The notes under the pieces were generated by a model. It was not told where the DNA came from. It searched no databases and was given only the letters and a program-made list of their open reading frames with translations. Both the position numbers and the translations under genes were made by a program. This document shows, piece by piece, positions 49,626 through 60,215 of a stretch of 64,000 nucleotides of DNA (within the stretch, counting starts at the first letter, position 1; each line of letters begins with the position of its first letter). Origin of the DNA: Desulfatiglandales bacterium (GTDB taxonomy: Bacteria > Desulfobacterota > DSM-4660 > Desulfatiglandales > HGW-15); contig CAXXJJ010000004.1 of NCBI GenBank assembly GCA_963667015.2, positions 3,008,001-3,072,000 on the forward strand, read 5' to 3'.

Positions 49626-50798
49626 TTACCTGACAACCTTGTTATACAGGGGAGAAATTTCTCTTAAGGAAACAACCGTATCCCTCAACACTGCCAGAAA
49701 TTTATCCACATCCTCTTCGGTGTTATCTATGCCAAAGGTGATAACCATTGTTCCCTGGGCATCGGCAAAATCACAGCCAATGGACAGGAGGACATGTGAT
49801 GCCCTTAAGGCACCTGCCGCGCATGCTGACCTTGTTGATACGGCAATACCTTCTTCATCAAGCATGAGTACAACGCTCTCACCTTCTATATATTTTATTG
49901 AAACACTTATATGATTCGGCAGACTGCTCTCCGGATGGCCATTCACAACATATTCATCAATATAATCGGGCAGTTCCCTGAGCAGTTTCTCTTTAAGATT
50001 TTTCGAGTGAAGGATTCTTTTTTCCATATCCTTCAATGCGAGCTCCGCAGCTTTTCCCATACCGACAATGCCTATAAGGTTTTCTGTTCCCGCCCTTTTG
50101 TTATTCTCCTGCACGCCGCCGTCAAACACTGGCCATATTCCTGTTCCACGCTTGATATACAAACCGCCCACACCTGCCGGGCCGTAATATGCATTGGACC
50201 CGAAGCTCAGGAGATCAACCCCAAGATCCTGGACATCAACAGGAATAACACCCACTGAATCAACCGCATCGGTATGAAACAGGATATTGTGGGCCTTTGC
50301 AATCGCAGCTATCTCCTTAATGGGCTGGATCGTACCAATTTCATTGTTGCTGTGCATGATCGAGATGAGTATGGTCTCATCTGTTATGGCCTCCTCAATT
50401 TCTTTCGGATCAACCATGCCGTGTTTATCCACGGACACGGATGTTACCCTGTAGTCAAACAGCTTGAGGCGCTTAATTGACCTGATCACGGAGCTGTGTT
50501 CAATATTGGATGTGATTATGTGTTTTCCCTTTTCACCCTTTGCAAATGCAACCCCTTTGATCGCGTGATTAACAGATTCAGTTCCCCCCGAGGTAAATAC
50601 TATCTCCTTTGGGACCGCGCAGTTTATGAGGCGCGCAACGGATTCTCTTGCTTCCTCAAGTGCGGTGGCAGCAGCATCGCCCAGACGGTGCTGACTTGAA
50701 GGATTCCCGTAGTTATTTCTTATAGTATTAATCATAGCTTCCTGGACTTCAGGGAGCAGCGGATTAGCCGATAAATGATCAAGGTTAACAATCTTCAT
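49626..50798 (-). CDS. IscS/NifS-family protein lacking the PLP Schiff-base lysine
   Basis: YGNPSS, FTSGGTE, NNEIGT, RAGTEN and RSAC motifs present, but SFGSNAYYGP stands where SxSxHKxYGP is expected. Confidence 0.88.
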   Translation of the reverse strand: MKIVNLDHLSANPLLPEVQEAMINTIRNNYGNPSSQHRLGDAAATALEEARESVARLINCAVPKEIVFTSGGTESVNHAIKGVAFAKGEKGKHIITSNIEHSSVIRSIKRLKLFDYRVTSVSVDKHGMVDPKEIEEAITDETILISIMHSNNEIGTIQPIKEIAAIAKAHNILFHTDAVDSVGVIPVDVQDLGVDLLSFGSNAYYGPAGVGGLYIKRGTGIWPVFDGGVQENNKRAGTENLIGIVGMGKAAELALKDMEKRILHSKNLKEKLLRELPDYIDEYVVNGHPESSLPNHISVSIKYIEGESVVLMLDEEGIAVSTRSACAAGALRASHVLLSIGCDFADAQGTMVITFGIDNTEEDVDKFLAVLRDTVVSLREISPLYNKVVR

Positions 50799-50819
50799 AT
50801 CAATCCCTCCTTTCCAGGC

Positions 50820-51332
50820 CTACTTGAGAGTAACCAGCTCATTCTGACATGAAGTGCAGAATGACACTCCTTCTTCAACTTCAGCGTCACAGTAGGGGCA
50901 GTTACAGCTGTCACCCTCACCATGTTCATGCTTTTCATCCTGTTGTTTCTCAACCCTTGGTTTTCCGGCCTTCCTGTCCTCATAATCCTTAATTGCCAGT
51001 TGAAGGGCATCAGCGCCAAGATTGGAGCAGTGAAGTTTATTCTTTGGCAGGCCTTCAAGTGCTTCAGCTACATCCTTATTGGTTATTTTTTTTGCATCTT
51101 CAATTGATTTTCCCTTTGCCATTTCGGTAAGCATGCTTGAAACGGCTATCGCAGCACCGCATCCAAATGTCTGGAATTTAATATCTTCAATTTTTTCATC
51201 CTCAATCTTCAGATAGATGGTCATCATATCTCCGCAAAGGGGATTTCCAACCTCACCAACGGCATCTGCATTTTCAATTGTACCTACGTTCCTGGGCTTT
51301 TTAAAATGATCCATGACTGTCTTTGAGTACAT
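50820..51332 (-). CDS. iscU: IscU/NifU Fe-S scaffold with C-terminal zinc ribbon
   Basis: GNPLCGD, FGCGAAIA and KLHCS motifs; CPYC...CTSC tail. Confidence 0.93.
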   Translation of the reverse strand: MYSKTVMDHFKKPRNVGTIENADAVGEVGNPLCGDMMTIYLKIEDEKIEDIKFQTFGCGAAIAVSSMLTEMAKGKSIEDAKKITNKDVAEALEGLPKNKLHCSNLGADALQLAIKDYEDRKAGKPRVEKQQDEKHEHGEGDSCNCPYCDAEVEEGVSFCTSCQNELVTLK

Positions 51333-51419
51333 AATTGCTCCCTCCTTTTTCCCTTTTACCCCTATTCTCTAAAACCAAAGTGGGATAACGAATAGTTTAG
51401 TACTACCTTAACCATTTTT

Positions 51420-51444
51420 ATTTCATAGTAAAGTACTAGGAATT
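51420..51444. promoter_or_regulatory. Putative Rrf2 operator
   Basis: ATTTCATAGTA-AAG-TACTAGGAATT imperfect palindrome just downstream of a minus-strand TTGACA (51471-51466) and upstream of iscU. Confidence 0.55.
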
Positions 51445-51520
51445 AAATAACCAGAAGGCGGTCTGTGTCAAGTTATATTTGAAAAAAGTTAAACATCAGT
51501 GCACCAAACCACAATGATTT

Positions 51521-52222
51521 TTAATTTTTGCCCTCCAGCAACACCTTGAGCCCCGTGGTCATCTCATCATCAGGGGCAATTTTCATCAGCCTCTCGAGCT
51601 GATTTTTCGCATCATCCATGCGGCCAGCCTCCACATACTGCAAACCCAGGAAATAGATGGAATCAACATTCCCGGGATCAAGTTTTATTGCCCTTTTAAA
51701 TTCCTCTTCTGCAAGATCATAGGAGCCCATTTTCTGATATGCAAGCGCCAGCCCGAAATGATTTTCCGCACTGTCCGGCTCAACCTCCATCGCCTTTTTA
51801 AAAATTCTTACAGAATCCTCAAACCTTTCCATCTCGCCATAGACCATGCCGAGATTGAAGAATATACTTGAGCCATAAAAGCCGAGACCGATGGCCTTTT
51901 CATAACATTTCACTTCATTCTCATGATCACCGAGCTGCCCGTAGCTGTAACCCATATGATACATGGCCAGACCGTTCCCGGGATTGTCCTTTAAAAAGAA
52001 CTCATGAAGAATGATACTTTTTTCATACTTCCCGTCCTTCAATGCCTTATCAGCCTCTTTATCGCAGATCATATCCAGCACAGGGAGAGCTTCTTTTTTT
52101 ACAGGAGCAGTCCCGCACCCGCAAAACATCTGAATGGCCACGGGAATACACGTTAAAATAACGAAAAATAATATGCTGTTTTTTTTCAAGGCATGATCTC
52201 CTGAATCAGTTTGATTGATCAA
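51521..52222 (-). CDS. TPR-repeat lipoprotein (start uncertain)
   Basis: Lipobox-like FCGC and multiple TPR units. Confidence 0.85.
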   Translation of the reverse strand: MINQTDSGDHALKKNSILFFVILTCIPVAIQMFCGCGTAPVKKEALPVLDMICDKEADKALKDGKYEKSIILHEFFLKDNPGNGLAMYHMGYSYGQLGDHENEVKCYEKAIGLGFYGSSIFFNLGMVYGEMERFEDSVRIFKKAMEVEPDSAENHFGLALAYQKMGSYDLAEEEFKRAIKLDPGNVDSIYFLGLQYVEAGRMDDAKNQLERLMKIAPDDEMTTGLKVLLEGKN

Positions 52223-52328
52223 TGAGAAGAATATCTTTAACTAACATTATGTTACCGGCATTTCAAAAACAATTTAAAATTTAAACAATTTCCTGTATGT
52301 TTTATGTAAACATCAAAGGAAAAATCCA

Positions 52329-53798
52329 ATGGACCCAATAGAAGAAAAAAGAAATGAAATGATCGAAGAATTCCTGTCATCCTGGTTTATCCTTGGAGGA
52401 TTTCTCTCATCAGACACATATAAACGTACAATGTGGGCCGCAGATGAAACACTGAGCTCACTTAAGGCATCCTACCATCTGACTCTTCGGAAAGGCCTCC
52501 CTGAACCCGGTTCTAATGAAAGACTGATCATGTCAGGTCACGAATGGCTCTTAAGACAATATTTTTGCAAACCCCTGAAGAGAAGCAATATGGAACTGGC
52601 CATCAGATGGTATACTGAAAATTCAGCAGTTAAGGCATTTCCTGTAGAATTATTTAAATCTCTCATTAATGAGTCCGCAGATGAAGACGTTTTTTTACCA
52701 GTTGACGTCTGGGGCTTTGCCGGAGGTCAGACCTTTTTTTCCGGTGTTCCATGCATGAGCTTTGAAGGGCCTGGAGGGATAGTCTCCTTTATAGAGCCCC
52801 AGATGTGCAGATATTACGGCTCAATAATTCACGCCACAAAGGGCAGACTCATGTATGAGGCCGCGGGCGAAAGGCATGCGGAATTCGGATACAGGGCTGA
52901 TCCCGATGAGATAATGTCCATAGCTAAACTCCTTTCCATCTACACAGGAAACGGCGGCAGTCCGATCCTTACATCCTGTGATGCAGCGGAGTTCATGTTT
53001 CCTGGCATGTTTAAAGCCATAGGCACAATCGGCCATGAATTTTTAAGCGCCTTTCAGTCCTTCTCAAAGAACCTTGAGGAGGCTGAAATCGAGGCAATGG
53101 ATACCTTTGTTTCCGGAATTGGAAATGCATCCCTGTTGAGTGACCTTGTTGATGCGGAATCCGTTGGAATGGAAAATGCGATAAACATCATGAAAAAATA
53201 TCCTGATAACAGCAAAATAGGCGTAAGGATAGACTCGGGCGACATAGCCGGCCAGTGCATCCTGTATTACAACAGGATGAAAGAGGAAGGTATCCGGAAC
53301 AGGCTGATTGTATTTGAAGATGAAATAACGCCTGAAAAGGTAAAGGAGGTACACGCATTATTTAAAGATGCCACAGGCGCTGAACCGACTATCCTCTTTC
53401 CGGGGGCAGGAGGTTATTACTACAGAATGTTTCACAGGGACACAGTCTCCGCTGCATTTAAAAGATCCATGACCGAAGACCGCCCCAATATCAAATTCAG
53501 CAATTCACCAGGCAAGGAATCTATTCCCGGTACTATAAGGGTATACGAACAGGGAAAAACCCTGATTGTCGCAGATAAAAGTGAAGATATTGACGGAACA
53601 CCACTTTTTGTAAAACTGGTTGAAAATGGAAAAATAATAAATCCTGAAGATATGGATTTTAAGATTCAGGCGGACAGGGCAAATAAAACATGGAATCGAT
53701 ACAGCGGGTTTACACTATCCCCTAAAATAGGTGAATGGAAGGACCTGTTTGAGGATATGAAACAAAGAGCCGTCTCCGAAACATTCTACAATAAATAA
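52329..53798 (+). CDS. Nicotinate phosphoribosyltransferase-like protein
   Basis: SDTYK, EFGYR, GTIGHE, RIDSGD and KFS...K motifs. Confidence 0.8.
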   Translation: MDPIEEKRNEMIEEFLSSWFILGGFLSSDTYKRTMWAADETLSSLKASYHLTLRKGLPEPGSNERLIMSGHEWLLRQYFCKPLKRSNMELAIRWYTENSAVKAFPVELFKSLINESADEDVFLPVDVWGFAGGQTFFSGVPCMSFEGPGGIVSFIEPQMCRYYGSIIHATKGRLMYEAAGERHAEFGYRADPDEIMSIAKLLSIYTGNGGSPILTSCDAAEFMFPGMFKAIGTIGHEFLSAFQSFSKNLEEAEIEAMDTFVSGIGNASLLSDLVDAESVGMENAINIMKKYPDNSKIGVRIDSGDIAGQCILYYNRMKEEGIRNRLIVFEDEITPEKVKEVHALFKDATGAEPTILFPGAGGYYYRMFHRDTVSAAFKRSMTEDRPNIKFSNSPGKESIPGTIRVYEQGKTLIVADKSEDIDGTPLFVKLVENGKIINPEDMDFKIQADRANKTWNRYSGFTLSPKIGEWKDLFEDMKQRAVSETFYNK

Positions 53799-53975
53799 TC
53801 CTTAAACTTGATAACAGCTCCACTATACCCAATTTCAGCTGTGTGTTTTAGTTATTTATCATCCTTATTCAAGATTATTCCCCATATAAATAATACCTTA
53901 TTGACATCAATTACCTTCTCAAATATTTATCACCTGTTTGAACCCTATTTTGATACAGGTATAAAGGAGAGGAAA

Positions 53976-55946
53976 ATGAAAAAGCTAATTTATTCTATAG
54001 GATTTTTTTTGATCGCAGGGATTATATCTCTGCCGGCAGCGGCGATTGAAGAAGACAGTAAGCTGGAGACATATACCCTGGGTGAAATAGTTATTTCTGC
54101 CGAGGGAAAAGGTGTTGAAACAATTGGGACAGTAAGAGAGGTAACAGCCGAAGAAATAGAAATAAGCGGCGCTGAAACACTCGATGAGGCATTGAAGCTT
54201 TTACCCGGCATAATGGTGCGTACAGGCGGGCAGGGAGTTCCAAGGCCCGACCTCAGGGGCATGAAACCAAGGCATGTAACACTTCTTATCGATGGCATCC
54301 CATTTAATTCTGCAGGCGACGGCCAGTTTGATCCAAGCCTTATCACCACTGAAAACATAGCCAGGATAAAGGTTTCCTATGGAAATGATTCTGTGCTTTA
54401 CGGCCCCGGCGGACTCGGCGGTGTTATCAATGTAATAACAAAAAAGGGTACAAAAAATACAACAGGCAGTGTGACAGTAAAATACGCACAGGAAGACACA
54501 CTGCTTGCAAAGGCAAATATTTCGGGCGGAACCGATAAGATAAATTATTTTGTAAGCGCCAGCGATTACAGCAGTGACGGATACCGACTTTCAGATGATT
54601 TCACTCCTACAGACTATGAAGATGGCGGGACAAGAAACAACAGTGACAGAGAACTCACAAGTTTTTTTGGAAACCTGACATTAACCCCCAATGATAAAAG
54701 CCAGATAGGCCTTATTATTGATAAAATCACAGGAGAACGGGGCATTCCAACCATTACTCTTGACCGGGATGATCCCTTTGGCAAAAACCCAAAGTTTGAA
54801 AGAGTGGATGACCAGGACGGTCTGAGCATGAGCCTTTCCGGAAGCTATGATATTGACGGGCCGTTAAGCTTCAGGGGCTGGGTCTTTATGAGCGATCTTG
54901 AAGAGCTGAAAAACGGGTATGATGATGATACCTATACAACACAGACAGCAAGAAACTCTTACAGGGCAAAGGAAACCACTGAAATCCGGGGGGCAAACCT
55001 TCAGACACAATACTTTGCAGAAAACTATGGGAAGATTTCATTTACCATTGGAACAAAAGAGGAAAAATTCGACAGTTCGGGATGGGAAGTGGGAAGGAAT
55101 AATACCACATACTTTGATGAAAGCAATGACATAACTACACACACTGTAGCAGCCGAGTATGAAGTTCAGCCCATTGAGAAACTGGGTTTTGTGGCAGGTT
55201 ACGGATACTCGTGGTTTAAAAAGGAAGGCGGCCTGGATGACAGCACTGGTAATTATCTGATCGGCTTCAACTATGACCTTACAAAAAACAGCAGTATCAA
55301 GGCATCAGTCGCTGATAAGGTAAGGTTCCCCTCTGTCACACAGCTTTACGGCATCGGAGAAGGTAATCCGGAGCTGGAATATGAAAAAGCAATGAATTAT
55401 GAAATTGGATTTGAGCAATACATACCCAGTTGCAAAACGTCTTTCTCCATAACCGGATTCAGAAGGGATGTTGAAAATTACATTTCAAAGGATGATGACG
55501 GGGTAAACCAGAACCATGAAGAATACATGTTCCAGGGCATTGAAATTACGGCGACAAACCAGTCTGTAGAAAACCTTGACCTGAGCCTGGCATATACCTA
55601 TATGGATACGGAAGACAAATCACCGGGATCACTGGTTGACCAGGTACAATACAATCCGGAGCACAAGCTGGCTCTCCAGGGGACATATGAATTTGCCTAT
55701 AATATTTCAGCATATGCAGGCATCGAGCGCATTGAAAATCAATATTACTATAACAGCGACAACACACTTAAAGGCAAGCTGCCTGACTACACAATCGTAA
55801 ATCTTAAAATCGAAAAGGGATTCTTTTCAAAGTCATTAAAGATTTTTGCCGGAGCAGACAACCTTTTTGACAAAAACTATTTTGAGAGTTACGCCCTGCC
55901 GAGAGAAGGGAGAAGTATATACGGTGGTCTTACTTACGCCTTTTAG
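53976..55946 (+). CDS. TonB-dependent receptor
   Basis: Signal peptide from MKKLIY, TonB-box-like EIVISA, plug domain (LLIDGIP, GGVINVITK) and C-terminal Phe. Confidence 0.93.
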   Translation: MKKLIYSIGFFLIAGIISLPAAAIEEDSKLETYTLGEIVISAEGKGVETIGTVREVTAEEIEISGAETLDEALKLLPGIMVRTGGQGVPRPDLRGMKPRHVTLLIDGIPFNSAGDGQFDPSLITTENIARIKVSYGNDSVLYGPGGLGGVINVITKKGTKNTTGSVTVKYAQEDTLLAKANISGGTDKINYFVSASDYSSDGYRLSDDFTPTDYEDGGTRNNSDRELTSFFGNLTLTPNDKSQIGLIIDKITGERGIPTITLDRDDPFGKNPKFERVDDQDGLSMSLSGSYDIDGPLSFRGWVFMSDLEELKNGYDDDTYTTQTARNSYRAKETTEIRGANLQTQYFAENYGKISFTIGTKEEKFDSSGWEVGRNNTTYFDESNDITTHTVAAEYEVQPIEKLGFVAGYGYSWFKKEGGLDDSTGNYLIGFNYDLTKNSSIKASVADKVRFPSVTQLYGIGEGNPELEYEKAMNYEIGFEQYIPSCKTSFSITGFRRDVENYISKDDDGVNQNHEEYMFQGIEITATNQSVENLDLSLAYTYMDTEDKSPGSLVDQVQYNPEHKLALQGTYEFAYNISAYAGIERIENQYYYNSDNTLKGKLPDYTIVNLKIEKGFFSKSLKIFAGADNLFDKNYFESYALPREGRSIYGGLTYAF

Positions 55947-55981
55947 CAGTATTTATCGCCTGTATAATAATCAATAAAAGT

Positions 55982-56029
55982 GGGCCGCATATTTCCGGAT
56001 ACTGTTTCCGTCAAAATATGCGGCCCTTT
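55982..56029 (+). terminator. Hairpin after the TonB-dependent receptor
   Basis: GGGCCGCATATTT...AAATATGCGGCCC followed by TTT. Confidence 0.65.
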
Positions 56030-56162
56030 ATATATTATAAGGTTTAATGAATATTGCCTTTATTCCTCCCCTGTGCTAATACTCCTTAATTCCGGGGAGT
56101 TAGAAGATGTAATTTTTTAGTTCCCGGGATCTATACGCAAGGTCAAAGGAGATTATTTTAAA

Positions 56163-57233
56163 ATGGAAATCACGATCACCAAAACAGAATCGAATAAACT
56201 GAAAAATAAACCGGACGAATCAAACCTGGTTTTTGGAGATATTTTTACAGACCATATGTTTGTTGTAGACTACGAGGAGGGAAAGGGTTGGTTTGACCCG
56301 CGCATCGTACCCTATGGCAATTTCAGCATTGATCCGGCTGCCATGTCCATCCATTACGGGCAGGAGATATTTGAAGGATTAAAGGCCTATAAATCGGATG
56401 ACTGCAGCATTTATCTGTTCAGGCCCGAGGAAAATGCCAGGAGATTCAACCGATCCGCAGCAAGGATGTGCATGCCGGAACTGGACATTGACCTTTTCAT
56501 GGAAGGTCTTAAAAAACTGCTGCTGCTTGAGCAGGACTGGATACCCAGAAACCAGGGAACGTCACTCTATATCAGACCCGCAATGTTCGCAACCGAACCC
56601 CATCTTGGAGTAAGACCGGCAAAGGAATATACAGCATTTATCATTCTCTGTCCAGTTGGGGCATACTACAAGGAAGGCTTAAGCCCCATAAAGATTTATG
56701 TTGAAGACAAGTATGTCAGGGCATCAATCGGAGGGACCGGCGAGGCCAAGACCGCAGGCAACTATGCTGCCAGCCTTCTTGCGGCGGAAGAGGCAAAGGA
56801 AAAGGGCTTTACGCAGGTATTATGGCTTGATGCGGCAGAAAGAAAGTATATCGAAGAAGTCGGAACAATGAACATGTTCTTCGTGATTGATAACGAAATC
56901 ATAACCGCACCGCTTGCCGGAAGTGTCCTGCCCGGTATAACCAGGGACTCGGCTATTCAGCTTGTAAAGAGCTGGGGCATGAAGGTTTCCGAAAAGGCAC
57001 TTACCATTGATGAGGTTATCGCGGCAGCAAGAGACGGAAGACTTACCGAGGCATTCGGCACAGGAACAGCCGCAGTTATCTCGCCTGTGGGCCAGATTAC
57101 CTACAGGGGAGAGGATCATATTGTTGCCGGCGGTAAAATGGGAGAACTGTCACAGAAACTCTACGATGATATCGTAGCCATCCAGTACGGTAAAAAGGAT
57201 GACCCTTTCGGCTGGAGAATTAAGATAAATTAA
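56163..57233 (+). CDS. ilvE: Branched-chain amino acid aminotransferase
   Basis: HYGQEIFEGLKAY, AKTAGNYA, EEVGTMN and LPGITR motifs. Confidence 0.96.
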   Translation: MEITITKTESNKLKNKPDESNLVFGDIFTDHMFVVDYEEGKGWFDPRIVPYGNFSIDPAAMSIHYGQEIFEGLKAYKSDDCSIYLFRPEENARRFNRSAARMCMPELDIDLFMEGLKKLLLLEQDWIPRNQGTSLYIRPAMFATEPHLGVRPAKEYTAFIILCPVGAYYKEGLSPIKIYVEDKYVRASIGGTGEAKTAGNYAASLLAAEEAKEKGFTQVLWLDAAERKYIEEVGTMNMFFVIDNEIITAPLAGSVLPGITRDSAIQLVKSWGMKVSEKALTIDEVIAAARDGRLTEAFGTGTAAVISPVGQITYRGEDHIVAGGKMGELSQKLYDDIVAIQYGKKDDPFGWRIKIN

Positions 57234-57243
57234 ATAATCCATT

Positions 57244-57278
57244 TATCCATCCGGAAACCAATTATTTCTGGATGGATA
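57244..57278 (+). terminator. Hairpin after ilvE
   Basis: TATCCATCCGGAAA...TTTCTGGATGGATA inverted repeat. Confidence 0.55.
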
Positions 57279-57627
57279 CTTATCACTTTCAGCCCTTTAT
57301 ATTCTCCATATATCACAACAAATGCTAATTTTGAGATAAGCTATCTGTACTTTTACATCACTTACCTATACCACAAGATATTGTATGCAGCTCATTTCTG
57401 GAAAGTTAAAGCATACCGGTAAATTAACTTTGACTCTTTCGCTTCAAAACACATAAAACACGAAGCCGCCACTCCATTACCATACGCACCAACTCCTGAG
57501 TATTTTCCCCTTTTGCGAGAATATACTTAAATACCTTGTATCAGAAAAGTTCATTCCAAAAACGGTGTTAGGCTTGGATTGGATGTAGCGTTAAGGATAT
57601 CATCACTCTTCTTGATTTATTATTCAT

Positions 57628-58146
57628 TTATATATGCGGAATCTCAGGATCATTTATAATCTCGATAACTGCTAAAGCAACTGCCCCGCTATATGCACGT
57701 GAAGAACCTCCGGCTATAACGTTTTTAACAGAGAAAGACTTTGCCTTTTTCCCTGCAATATCAACAGAAAACTCCAATGATGCGGCTGTTCTCCACATTC
57801 CTCCATCAAGTGTCGAGTTATTAATTTTTATTTTGAGTGATTTATCAGTAGTGTCCGATATTTCAATACTTTTTTTTCGCAATTCTGAAGTGAGTTGTTC
57901 TGCTATGTTATCCGCAAGAACCTTAAAATTAACTTAAAAATTATGGTGGCCTGTTGAAAACACTAGATGATCAGAGGCATCTTCATTACCACTTATAATA
58001 TTTAGTGGATGAGAATTCTTATCGGTTATTTGGGCGGTCAATAAATTAGACGTTATTGAATACTCTTCCCATGTATAATCATGCCTTATTGCACATCCAG
58101 AAAAAAACAAAACAATAATTAGGAGTATAAATAATTTTTGTGTCAT
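57628..58146 (-). pseudogene. Lipoprotein gene with premature TAA
   Basis: Lipobox FSGC. ORFs 57934-58173 and 57628-57882 share a frame and are separated by a single TAA at 57934-57936. Confidence 0.7.
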
Positions 58147-58486
58147 CTCTAATATTCTTATTATGGTGTTCATTAAATTATAAAAATCTCTTTAAATAAA
58201 GCCGTATGAGCTGACATGTGACAGGAATTTTTTTAGGAGCTGAGTATAAACAGCTCGACATTTAAAACAAAAAGGCAGCCATAAAAACTTTCAGCACCCT
58301 AAAGACCTCAATTTCACAGCACGTTGTAAACTTAGCAGTGATTCAAAGCCTGAAGCAGAGACAGTTGATGCACAATCTATCCTCATTCGATAAGAATTCC
58401 TTTTTTGATGAATGAAGTAGTCGGAGTTTGGTGGTATATGTCAATCTGAGATCACCCCAAAATATTGTATAGTCAAGAATGTAATT

Positions 58487-58505
58487 AAAACCTGCAATCA
58501 CTGCT
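58487..58505. repeat. 19-bp direct repeat, left copy
   Basis: AAAACCTGCAATCACTGCT is identical at 63562-63580. Confidence 0.8.
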
Positions 58506-58780
58506 TATTTAAAATTTGGGTTGTTTTCAATAAAAATCGCAGATCCTAAATATAACTTATCGGACCTTGTGTTAATATTAATATATATTATCCTTGACAT
58601 ATAAAACTTTTATTGGAATAAGTAAACCGTCGAAAAAATATGTTTGAACGAAGCATTATCCAATAAAAAAGGTGCCCTCTTAACGAAATAAAGACATCTT
58701 ATTCTTCTGGATAAAATCATACGATAAAAAACAATCAATAAGGTTTTATAAACTTCTCTTACGTTAAGTTTATTAACAAC

Positions 58781-60166
58781 ATGAATCTTTTTGAAAAAAA
58801 TATGGATCAAAAAATTATTACGAAAATAAAAGCGGCTAATAACTTCTTCAGAATAAAATGGCTGATTTTAATCTGGGTATTAATATTTGGAATATATCCT
58901 TCTCATGTCCAGGCAACGCAGATCAATGATCAGTTACACGTCGATGGAGAAGTAAGGTTGCGCTATGAGTTGATGGGTGGTTTTAATGACAAAATATATG
59001 GTGAAACATCTGCTGTTGGTGAAAGTCAGGATGAGTACCTCTTGAGCCGCATACGATTGTCCATGATATATAAATTCACCCCTGGTCTTCTCTTCAAGAT
59101 TTCCATGCAGGATGCCAGGGCAATGGACTGGGGTTTCAATGACAGCGACTGGTACAGCAAAGAGTTTGGCATGGAGAATAATCCGCAAAAGGATCATCTG
59201 GAGCTCCACCATACTTATTTACAGGCATCTGATATTGGAGGATCTCCGTTCACACTTACACTGGGACGCCAGAAAATCGCCTATGGCGATAACCGGATTT
59301 TTGGACCCGGTGAATGGAAAAATTCCGGTAAATGGATCTGGGATGCCTTAAAACTCTCCTACTCAAAAGGAAATCATTTTATCGATTTTTTTTATGGTTC
59401 CTCCATGCTGCATGACCCCAATGAGTTTTCACTATCTCACAGATGGGGATATGAAGGGTTCGGAATCTACGCACACTATGCCTTGGAAACAGTGTCGATT
59501 GAACCTGTCCTGGCATACAAACACAATGATAACGGAAATACTACCTATCACAGTCTCACTCACTACTATGCCGGAGTGCGCCTCTATGATAATATTGGAA
59601 ATTTTTTCTATAATGGGACCTATATAAGACAATTTGGAGAACAGGTATCCAATGAGGGCACAAAATCCGATGTTGACGCATATGGATGGCATCTTGATGC
59701 CGGATACAATTTTATGCTGGGCAGTGTAAAGTTAAAAACAGGGGCCGGATACAGTTATGCATCAGGAGATGATTCTTCTACTCCGGATATCGAAAAATTC
59801 GACGCTATATTCGGAGCATCGGATAAATACTACGGAAGAATGAATCTTATGGAATGGTCAAATCTGAAGGACGCTGTATTGTTACTAGTTGTCTCCCCTA
59901 ACAAAAACATCAATATAAAAATTGAGTATCACTGTTTTAAACTGGCTGATAAAAGTGACAAATGGCGCAGCTATAGAAACCAGACAGGTGCCAATGAGGA
60001 TGACCTGGGTTCTGAAATAGATGCAGTCCTTGGATATAATGTTAATAAAAATATCAAAATCCAGACAGGTTATGGACACTTCTGGCCGGGTGATTTTATT
60101 ATACAGAATGTCCCTGCACATAACCGGTCTGACTGGTACTTTTTCCAGTCGACCTTTATATTTTGA
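58781..60166 (+). CDS. Alginate-export-family outer-membrane beta-barrel
   Basis: RLRYE, LGRQKIAYGDNR, YASGDD and DLGSEID motifs; C-terminal Phe. Confidence 0.85.
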   Translation: MNLFEKNMDQKIITKIKAANNFFRIKWLILIWVLIFGIYPSHVQATQINDQLHVDGEVRLRYELMGGFNDKIYGETSAVGESQDEYLLSRIRLSMIYKFTPGLLFKISMQDARAMDWGFNDSDWYSKEFGMENNPQKDHLELHHTYLQASDIGGSPFTLTLGRQKIAYGDNRIFGPGEWKNSGKWIWDALKLSYSKGNHFIDFFYGSSMLHDPNEFSLSHRWGYEGFGIYAHYALETVSIEPVLAYKHNDNGNTTYHSLTHYYAGVRLYDNIGNFFYNGTYIRQFGEQVSNEGTKSDVDAYGWHLDAGYNFMLGSVKLKTGAGYSYASGDDSSTPDIEKFDAIFGASDKYYGRMNLMEWSNLKDAVLLLVVSPNKNINIKIEYHCFKLADKSDKWRSYRNQTGANEDDLGSEIDAVLGYNVNKNIKIQTGYGHFWPGDFIIQNVPAHNRSDWYFFQSTFIF

Positions 60167-60215
60167 TTTGAGTTACATGCAGATTAGCCTTTAGTAAGAA
60201 AAGGATAAATACACC

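Noticed and set aside
53808..53975. N-terminal extension of the TonB receptor and a possible riboswitch
   Set aside because: The RBS and signal peptide support a start at 53976, and no cobalamin or TPP riboswitch motif was recognised.
57480..57600. GCCTAAC/GTTAGGC integron attC-like core downstream of the lipoprotein pseudogene
   Set aside because: No convincing complementary core or L boxes were found, and there is no integrase in the window.
57934..57936. In-frame stop in the lipoprotein gene as recoding
   Set aside because: The codon is TAA, not TGA or TAG; a simple nonsense mutation is more likely.
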